From a virus, in the IMG/VR virus record IMGVR_UViG_3300005613_000021, positions 1 through 64,000 of that record: a stretch of DNA of 64,000 bases; one strand, 5' to 3'. A program made the translations under genes and the position numbers. The notes beneath the pieces are model-generated. The model was not told the origin of the DNA and ran no database searches. It saw only the letters and a list, made by a program, of their open reading frames with translations. Every line of letters starts with the position of its first letter. Position 1 is the first letter of the stretch. Positions 46,198-55,300 of this stretch are shown here, piece after piece.

Positions 46198-49100
46198 ATG
46201 TCTAATAAATTTTTTAATTACAGATACAGAGCAACTGCACCAGCAGCAGCATATGGTACAGCAAATTTCAATGTAAATGATAGTGCTGGTTATAATACCA
46301 TCCATTCTCTGGTTGGCACCACCGCTGGATCTCAACAAAGATTCACTTATAGTTTGACAGTAGCGAATCAGTCTAGCGTATATGAATACGGAATTGGATA
46401 TTTGACCAGTCTTGGTGGAGGGTTATATCAATTTACAAGAGAGCAATCTGTTTCTTCTAGTCAAGGAGACAATAGTAAAATAAATATTTCGTTAGCATAC
46501 GGAAATGTAACAATCGATGTTATTGCACCAAATCCTAGCTATACGAATTATAAAAGATTAAATAGTAATTCAACACTATCAAATATAAATAGCACTTATT
46601 TTGTTGATGCTACTGGAGACATTACTTTATCTTTACCAGCTATTGATATTGATTCTGTAATTATTGGCATAGCCTTAACTTCTTTGAGTGGATCGGAAAA
46701 CGAAAGAACAGATGCTGTTACTCTTGATGCTAATGGATCAAATACTATAAATGGCGGAGCTACCTATGCCTTAAGTAAGAAAAATGATTTTGTAAGAATT
46801 ATATCTGATATAGACAACAATAATTGGATAGTATTAGACCCTATACAAGATACAGCTTCTTCGAGCGGTCCAAATGGGGCTATTCAATTATCTGACAATG
46901 GTGTTCTTGGTCATAATAATGGATTTTTCTTTAATGACGATGCATTATTCGTGGGTGGAGATGATGCAGTATCGGCTGTTGTTCAAGTTGGTGGAGAATT
47001 AATGAACACAATCTTTAATCTTCAGTCTGGAGACCTAGATTTTACAATCAATACCAACGGTATCGGCAATACTTTTTTTGTTGATGGGTCAACTAATAAT
47101 GTCGGAATTAATACTAACACCCCATTAGATTTGCTCAACATAAATACCGAAGGAGTGGAAGGTATTACTATTAGTACTTCTACTAGTGGATCTATTCCTA
47201 CTATTGCTTTTGTTAATAATGATCCAGATTTTACTGAAGGTTTGGACATTGGCAGAATTGATTTTGTAGGTTCTAATACGGCAGAAGAAAATATTACTTA
47301 CGCTAGAGTCATAGCAGAAGCATCAGATGAGACCGATGGTTCAGAGCAAGGATTACTAAAATTTTTAGTAGATAACAACGGGACTTTACAGAATGTTGCT
47401 CTATTAAGCTATGAAGATATTCAAATTGGTCCAAATAATTCTATATCTGGTGGTATTGTTATAGGTTCTAATACTACCAATAAAGGAGATAATGTATGTA
47501 TTGGTTATTACAATACTAATTGTGGTGTTAGTAGTATTAATATTGGACATCAAAATACTATAGAAAGCGGTTCGTATGCTGGTGCTATCGGATCAGCTCA
47601 TACAGTAACAGGTTCTCATGTTTGGTTATTTGGTGGTTCTGGAGCAGACATTACTGGCAATAATAGTACTTTTTTATTGTCTAACGATAATAATTATATA
47701 CAAGTTAAACATGATCAGCAAAAAAGAGTAGGAATCTATGTGGATTCTACAGGAACCGATTTCAGTATTGTTAATACCAGAATATCTTCAACAGGGACAC
47801 AGCATCTGCAAAACTTCTTGTTTAGAAACAATGCTGGAGATCAAATTACAGGAATTTCTCAAGGTATCATTGTTGATGATCCTTCACAGTCTGGTGAATA
47901 TACAAGCTTTTTTTTAAAGGTTTTAGAGTCCGGCAACTTAGTTGATGTATTAGATATATCTGCTGATTATGTTAGTATTTCAAATGTATCTGGTTTATCA
48001 AACACTGTGTTTATAGGAAGACTATTAGAGATAAGCGGTACAGGAGCAAATAATACTATTATTGGTGTTTCTAATGTTCTTTCTGATAATAGTGGTAACA
48101 ATACTATTGTGGGATATAACAATGAGTTAGCGACTTCTGGTAATCATCATGTTGTTACTTTAGGAAGCAATAATACTTCTGATGATAACTATACTACAAC
48201 TGTTGGTGTTTCTAATCGAAACAGCGGATTGTATTCTGCTGTTGTTGGATATAATAATGGTGTTTATGGGGAAAATATTTCTATTGTTGGTGTTAATAAC
48301 GATGTGTCTGGAAATAATTCTGCTGTTCTTGGTTATCAAAATAATATAGATAATATAAATTGTTATGTATTTGGACAGGGCAATTCTTCTGTATATTCAG
48401 GAGTTACAATATTAGGAAACGACATTACTGCAACAGGACACGAACATACATACATAAAAAATACCACTGTTGTTATTACAGGAGACTATATAGCTCTTGA
48501 TGCTACATCAGACATAAACTTTAAGTCTAGACCTATTTTGGAAGGTAGTGGTTATGTTTTGGTTAGTGGAGATAGTGTTAGCTATTTAGTCAATGATTCT
48601 AATTATGTTTCTAGTGGAGATAATATTAGCGAATTAGTTAACGATTCAGGATATATTAATAGTCAGGCCAACGTAACCGGCATTTCTTATACTTCAGGAA
48701 TTTCGTCTGGAATATTAGTCCTAAGCCATCACACAGGAACAGTAACCGGCATATTAAGTGGCGTTGCCCATAGTGGTCAAAATATTAGTATTTTTGCTAA
48801 TGATGTGGGATATATTACTGGAGAAGCATATGTTACTGGTATTAATTATGATGGTTCAGGAGAGTTGGTTTTAAGTCATCATAGTGGAACTGTTACTGGA
48901 ATTTTAATAGATGTTGTACATAGTGGGGACAACATTACTAATTTAAATAATGATGCTCTGTATATTACAAGTAGTGATTTTGCTAAACCTAAATTAAAAT
49001 TCGATGTTTCTGCAACAGGAGATAATACTTTTATATTCAGTGGTGCTGGCACCGATGGTGTTGGAAACGACGAAAACCCAACTCTGTATTTGTACAAAGG

Positions 49101-49311
49101 ATTTAATTATGATTTTGACATAAACGTATCGAGTTCTCATGCTTTGGAAATAAAATTAGGATCTTCGTTATATACTAGTGGATTAACAAATAATACTGGT
49201 GTTAATAGTGGTATTGTGTCTTGGAGCGTTAGACATGATACTATTAATAGTGGAATTTATTATATTTGCTCTAATCATGCTGCTATGAGTGGAGATATTA
49301 GAATAGTTTAA
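46198..49311 (+). CDS. Tail fibre/spike with beta-helix repeats and a cupredoxin-like C-terminus
   Basis: (V/I)G..N repeats, S.L.ND.GY repeats, YYICSNHAAMSG. Confidence 0.65.
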   Translation: MSNKFFNYRYRATAPAAAYGTANFNVNDSAGYNTIHSLVGTTAGSQQRFTYSLTVANQSSVYEYGIGYLTSLGGGLYQFTREQSVSSSQGDNSKINISLAYGNVTIDVIAPNPSYTNYKRLNSNSTLSNINSTYFVDATGDITLSLPAIDIDSVIIGIALTSLSGSENERTDAVTLDANGSNTINGGATYALSKKNDFVRIISDIDNNNWIVLDPIQDTASSSGPNGAIQLSDNGVLGHNNGFFFNDDALFVGGDDAVSAVVQVGGELMNTIFNLQSGDLDFTINTNGIGNTFFVDGSTNNVGINTNTPLDLLNINTEGVEGITISTSTSGSIPTIAFVNNDPDFTEGLDIGRIDFVGSNTAEENITYARVIAEASDETDGSEQGLLKFLVDNNGTLQNVALLSYEDIQIGPNNSISGGIVIGSNTTNKGDNVCIGYYNTNCGVSSINIGHQNTIESGSYAGAIGSAHTVTGSHVWLFGGSGADITGNNSTFLLSNDNNYIQVKHDQQKRVGIYVDSTGTDFSIVNTRISSTGTQHLQNFLFRNNAGDQITGISQGIIVDDPSQSGEYTSFFLKVLESGNLVDVLDISADYVSISNVSGLSNTVFIGRLLEISGTGANNTIIGVSNVLSDNSGNNTIVGYNNELATSGNHHVVTLGSNNTSDDNYTTTVGVSNRNSGLYSAVVGYNNGVYGENISIVGVNNDVSGNNSAVLGYQNNIDNINCYVFGQGNSSVYSGVTILGNDITATGHEHTYIKNTTVVITGDYIALDATSDINFKSRPILEGSGYVLVSGDSVSYLVNDSNYVSSGDNISELVNDSGYINSQANVTGISYTSGISSGILVLSHHTGTVTGILSGVAHSGQNISIFANDVGYITGEAYVTGINYDGSGELVLSHHSGTVTGILIDVVHSGDNITNLNNDALYITSSDFAKPKLKFDVSATGDNTFIFSGAGTDGVGNDENPTLYLYKGFNYDFDINVSSSHALEIKLGSSLYTSGLTNNTGVNSGIVSWSVRHDTINSGIYYICSNHAAMSGDIRIV

Positions 49312-49324
49312 TAAGGATTTTTAA

Positions 49325-50815
49325 ATGTCAATATCTGTAGAAGGAATAAATTTTACGAGACCCTCTGTGAATTTTTCCACAGAATTTAGAAAAGATTCTG
49401 ATGGAAATAATATAGGGCAAAGAGATACCATTACTATACAAGATGTTGTTTTAAGTAGTGATAATAATGATTTAGCTGGATTTTATAGCAATCTTGTAGA
49501 CAAGCTTACTGATACAGAAATGGTAACTGTTGACTATCCCGGTAATAGTGGGTCAGTAGGTAGGATTAAAAATCTTAGTTTAGATAATGATTCTGATTTT
49601 GTTAATAAGCTTTCTTATTCCGTTACTTTAGAAGCTATACCTCAAAGAAGTTTATATAGTCTTTATGAGTTAGGTGATCTTAGTGGGGTTGTCAATTCAT
49701 TGACAGAAAGCGAGAGTTGGGATGTTCCTTATGATCTTTATGTCTTAGCAATTCCTACAGGTCAGGGCACGGGTTTTTTTTATAACAAACCTATCACTTA
49801 TGAATATAATTTAAATTTTTCTTGTGGTTATCATCCTAGCGGCTCAGGAATAACGTCAAGCTTAGATGCTGCCAATAAAATATTAACAACTTTAGGAAAA
49901 ACTTCCCCAAGTAGCGGATTAGTTTCTGGTATAGACTCAAGGTATATCAATTGTGGCGTATCTTCTGTGCAATTAAATAGAGGTACTGATGGAACAACAA
50001 CACTGAATATTAAGTCCTTGTTTCTACCTAGCGGAACAGGTGCCAATCCTGGTAATTTTACAGCTTCTTTAAATAGAAATGAATCCAAAGATGAGATACA
50101 ATATTATTCTAATAGAGATATTAAAGTAACTATTAATGCACTTCCTGTTGGTGTTGGCTATACTTCTAGTGGAAATACTCCCTGGAGTATTACTGGGGTG
50201 CCTACTGGATTAGCAGAAAGCGCTTATGGTGTTATTGAATCCATAAAAGATGCTCTTATAGACACTAGTGGAATGATAGAAATAGAAGAAACTATGCCAG
50301 GAAAAAAACAGAGTTGCAGCCTGCCGCATACAGCCTTAACTTCTACAGGGTGTTGGAGCACAAAATTATTTAGCATGACTAAGGACTACTCAAATAACAG
50401 CGCTACTTTGAATATTGAACAGACTACACAAAATATTGGTATGTGTGATTATAGTGCTAGCGGATACAAGATTAATTATGAGATTATTAAACATAGCCCT
50501 AGAGACAAACAGAAAGTTTATGCAGAACCAAGAGGCTGGTCTAGTCCAGATTATTGGGTGCAAGATATGAACACATTTAAAGATGAATATTATGAATACA
50601 GCATAAACGTGGCATCAACATTAGCTTGTTCTAGAGGAGATACTGGAATCACTGGTATAGCTAATACTGTTTTTACTGGTATAGATTTACTTTCTGGATC
50701 TGGCATTATTACCAGTAAAGTAATTAGTGTGAGTAAAGACACATGCTCATTAAAAATTGTACAATATTCGGGTGAAAATTTATCTGAAACAGGCATAGGT
50801 TATTCAAATCCCTAA
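49325..50815 (+). CDS. Tail tip/baseplate protein candidate
   Basis: Beta-rich, after the TMP; similar layout to the next gene. Confidence 0.45.
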   Translation: MSISVEGINFTRPSVNFSTEFRKDSDGNNIGQRDTITIQDVVLSSDNNDLAGFYSNLVDKLTDTEMVTVDYPGNSGSVGRIKNLSLDNDSDFVNKLSYSVTLEAIPQRSLYSLYELGDLSGVVNSLTESESWDVPYDLYVLAIPTGQGTGFFYNKPITYEYNLNFSCGYHPSGSGITSSLDAANKILTTLGKTSPSSGLVSGIDSRYINCGVSSVQLNRGTDGTTTLNIKSLFLPSGTGANPGNFTASLNRNESKDEIQYYSNRDIKVTINALPVGVGYTSSGNTPWSITGVPTGLAESAYGVIESIKDALIDTSGMIEIEETMPGKKQSCSLPHTALTSTGCWSTKLFSMTKDYSNNSATLNIEQTTQNIGMCDYSASGYKINYEIIKHSPRDKQKVYAEPRGWSSPDYWVQDMNTFKDEYYEYSINVASTLACSRGDTGITGIANTVFTGIDLLSGSGIITSKVISVSKDTCSLKIVQYSGENLSETGIGYSNP

Positions 50816-50829
50816 AAGGAATAAAAGAC

Positions 50830-52332
50830 ATGATATCTGGTATAGGAGGCATATCTTTTGTGCCTCATGCAATGATAGATATTTCTCCTCAGTATTTTTA
50901 TTATGGCGATGATGTTATAGGAGGATTTTTAAACTTAGAAATACAGGGTACACATCATGCTGAAGATAGTGATTCATATACTTCTTTTATAGAATCTGTT
51001 GTTGGTCTTATCGATAGTTGTGCCACTATTAATATGTCAAATGAATGTACTCCTGAAAGCACTATAGATAAATTAGATAATTCTGTTGGAGTTGTGAGAG
51101 ATGCTAGAGTTAGTCCTGTTGGGGGATTAGATATAAATTACAACATAATTGTAGAATGTTCAAAGGATAGTGACAAAAACAAATTAATAGTGAATAATAG
51201 TGATATCGATTTTGAAACCATACTTGGAAATGATATGATAGTTAGAGCATATTCTGAATCAATAGTGGTCAATTATGCTGATACTAGCACTTTCTCTATT
51301 AATGATAAAAAACTAGTCAAAAATGCTGGCAAGTTTACTATACAAATAGAAGTGTCTGCTTATGATAATGATCAGTGCGATACTAATGATTTAAATTTTG
51401 AATTACTTATGCAATTTTTAGAAAATAGAGTAGATACTATTGTTACTAGTCCTAGTGAGGTTAATATTAATATACCTTCTACTTTTGTTACTTGTGCTAC
51501 GAATATAAAAAAAACAACAAAGAAAACTAGCGCTAGTATCGATTTTGACTTACATATACTTCCTCAAAACGATACCAAGGCTATTGTAGAATTTAGTGAA
51601 ACTTTTGAATCTGATCAGCTAAAAGGAGGTAAAAGTATTACAAAAATAAAAGGATCTATATTAGGAGTTGATAGTAGCCAGACTGTTTTATATCCAAACT
51701 ATGATGGTTATGATAATGCTTCAGCCGCTTATAATGATATTAGGGAATATTTTGTTAGTGGTATTACAGATCTTTTTGTATCTAATTGTTCCAATGGTAG
51801 TGGAACAGGTATGCCCAATATAGGAGATACATGCTATCAATTGACCAGTACTAGGTTGTCTGAATTTCCATCAGCCAATAAAATAGATTTTGAAATGACC
51901 TATAAAGATACAGAGACTTGTGATTTATTGGGTTATAAAATATCTAGTCAATATGAAGAAAGACCTTCCGTAAGTGGTAGGGCAGAACATTTTGCTCCTG
52001 GTAGACAGGCTAGTTATAAACCTTTAGTATATGCTAGTCAAGCTACATCAGCCCCTAAATATAAATTAACAATAAAAGGAGAATTGCCTAGCAGTTGTTT
52101 ACAACAATCTGTTGGTAAAAGCAATACAGTGCTTAAAAATAATAGTTTGTTTGCTAATAGTGTCAACATGGACAGTCTTATTACAGAATTAAAGTCAGCT
52201 GTTAGCGGAGAGCTTTCTGATCAAAAAGATATTTGGTCATTAACTGGTGGAAATATAATGCAAATTAATAAAGTAGAAACAGAAGGTAGATACACATATA
52301 GTATTACAGAGGAATACATAGAATGTCAATAG
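50830..52332 (+). CDS. Tail tip/baseplate protein candidate
   Basis: Same size as the previous gene; shared C...GYKI motif. Confidence 0.45.
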   Translation: MISGIGGISFVPHAMIDISPQYFYYGDDVIGGFLNLEIQGTHHAEDSDSYTSFIESVVGLIDSCATINMSNECTPESTIDKLDNSVGVVRDARVSPVGGLDINYNIIVECSKDSDKNKLIVNNSDIDFETILGNDMIVRAYSESIVVNYADTSTFSINDKKLVKNAGKFTIQIEVSAYDNDQCDTNDLNFELLMQFLENRVDTIVTSPSEVNINIPSTFVTCATNIKKTTKKTSASIDFDLHILPQNDTKAIVEFSETFESDQLKGGKSITKIKGSILGVDSSQTVLYPNYDGYDNASAAYNDIREYFVSGITDLFVSNCSNGSGTGMPNIGDTCYQLTSTRLSEFPSANKIDFEMTYKDTETCDLLGYKISSQYEERPSVSGRAEHFAPGRQASYKPLVYASQATSAPKYKLTIKGELPSSCLQQSVGKSNTVLKNNSLFANSVNMDSLITELKSAVSGELSDQKDIWSLTGGNIMQINKVETEGRYTYSITEEYIECQ

Positions 52333-55300
52333 ATAAAAGTAAAGAACTATACGACAAAATATTAAGTGAATTAGAGTTATTTTCTGATGAATTAAGTTTT
52401 GATGCTATGGCTACAAAACCAGCCATAATAAATCAGTATAATTTACTTTCTAATATTCCAGTAAACCTTAGTGTATCAAGTGGGAATCATGTTGTTTTAG
52501 GTCATAGAATTCCCATGAGCTATATTGATATAAATAGTGTTAGTGATTGTGATTCTGATTGTAATATACTTAGTTTTTCTGGTATTAACGCTAGTGGAGA
52601 TATAACATACGCAACAGATAATATTATATCAATTAAAATAGAAAAGGATATTAGTTCATTCGCTGCCGGATCTACTATCAGTGGTAGTGATGAAATTAGT
52701 TTTACTAGCACAGGAGTAACTCCCGGTTCTTGTTCGGGATTTTCTGATTACAGCATATCTGATCAAATATCGGTGGATAATGCTTTAATTTCTTTCGTAA
52801 CAGGAATAGGTTCAGAAATACCTTTTAGTGGAGGTAGCGGTAATGTTGAATCATCTTATTTTGAAAGATTGGGTTCTGGAACATTTATTATAGCCCCACC
52901 ATTATCATCACAAGATGATTATTTTTATATCTATACAACTGGAACTTCATCATATCGTGGTGTTGCTCATCCTTCAGAAACTGGAATAAAACAAGTAGTA
53001 GGAGGATCGTCAGAATGGAGTGCATTATCAAATAATTTTATTTTATGTCTTTATAATTCTGATCCTTCTTCTATTTTTAAATATAATGTAGAACAAGATA
53101 ATTGGACTGCTATAAATCCTTTTAATACTGGCATTAATACTGAACTTACTAATATTATAAAACTAGAGAATGATGCAGGCTATTATTTAGTATTAGGCAC
53201 TGGTACTGGTGAATATGTTTTATATAATAGTATCTTTGATTTTGCAACAGGCATACTAGATTCGACCGATGAAGGATACAAAATACTACCTGCAAACATA
53301 GCTTTGATTCCTAGTTATGTAACTACTGGATGTCAATGGCAGGTTGATAGTTCTCAAGACATGAGACTAGGTGACAGTGAATATCATATATTTCTTACTG
53401 ACTATGATTATAGTGGTAACTTAACCTATCCATTAAAACTAAAAAATATTAATTTTTCTCCGATAATAGAAAATGGTGATTTTGTATTGTCTGGAAATAT
53501 TGTCAGCGGAACTACTTATCTTAGTAATTATTTAAATTATCGTACAGATATTATTAATGTAGCAGATAAACTTGTAATATCTCTTTCTAGCACAGGTACT
53601 AATAATAGTCAACTTGTTATATGGGACAATAGCACACTAACAACAGACAGCATCTATTCTTCTGAGAAAAAAAATAGATTGGTCAGATTAGTGAATGACC
53701 AAATACTATGGTGCTCATCTAGTAATAGTGGTATTTCGACAGTAATAGATCCGTATGAGATAAAAGAGTACCCGTTTCCTGTTCCACTAACAGGCAATAT
53801 TAGTGTTGCTACTAGCTGTCCATTAGAATTTAGAACATTGATGCTGGATGCTGCTGGCACAAACGCATATATTGTTAATGATTTAGACAGAACTTACGAA
53901 ACCCTATCTTTTACAGGCTCTTTGTCTATGGGTAGGTATCATGATATTATTGTGCTAGATCAGCTACCAAACAGCTCTGATCATTCTCATAACTTTTATT
54001 TGATGCCTGATGAAACTTATTCTAATGATTTTCCTAAAGCAAACCTTATTACCATATCTACAACAACCACCTCTTTTACCGGCATCACTATTGATGGTGA
54101 TTTTACTATAGATGAAACAACTACTACTGGCTTAATTGAGATAGGTAGATTTTTTGTTCCATCAGGAGCGGATGATGAATTTGTTGGGACTTATACTTTT
54201 GGTATGGACGATGCTTTGGGCAATAGTTCTATTTTTGATTTAACCTTTAACAATGGTAGTGGTATTATTTATGTAAAATCTGGAATATATTTAGATTATG
54301 AAGATCAAAATTTTTATTATGGATATATAACTGGAGTAGACCTTTATGTTGATAGGGGTAATTCTAATAATAATTTTACCCTAAGATTACTACCAGTTAA
54401 TGAAGCCCCTACAGGAATAGTATTTGATCCCCCAAATAGTGGTGGTTACAATATTAATATTCCTGTTGATGAAGATAAACTTGTTGCAACTTTTGATGTA
54501 AAAGATCCAGATACTGTATTTACCGGTATTTTTGACAGATTAAAACAATTTAATAATGTTATAGGTGTTTCAGGTGTGGACGCTGATATCTTTAATGTTA
54601 ATTTTAATGATATTTTACAAGAAGGTAGTATATTTGTAAAGAATGGGACAGCTTTTGATATTGATAGCAAAGACTTGTATGAATTAACTTTATACGCTGG
54701 TCAGAGTGGGTCTGGCTTTAGCACATCTGGAAATTGGACTCTATACCTAACAGACAATCCGCCAATATCTATAGATATAACACCATCTCAAACTGGTCTT
54801 CCAGAAAATTTTATTCCTCCACAGACAGGTTTTAAGCTATCTGATTTTATTGTTCAAGATAATGATACTAACAGAAATAATTTTGTAAGTCTTATTGGTA
54901 ATGACGCCAGCTATTTTAGTATCGATTACGATTTTGCTAGTGGCACAGGCTCTTTAGTATTAGAGCCAGACGTTGTACTAGATTATGAGACAAAACCTAC
55001 AGTTACTGCAACTTTAGTGGCAGGAAATCTACCTGGTATATATTCTGCAACTAGAACATTTACAATTAATGTACAAGATGTGGAATTTGAAATATCAGGA
55101 ATTACAGCAACACCAGATATATTTTATCTTTATGAAGACGTAGACACTTCTACTGGTAGTATTAAACTTTGTGACTTAAAATGGACAGATCCTGATTTAG
55201 ATCTTAATCCTGGTGCCGATATGGTTGTTTTTGATTTGAGATATACTGGAACTAATTTTGGTAGTGCTTTGGATAAATTTACAGTGGTGGATAATAGTAC

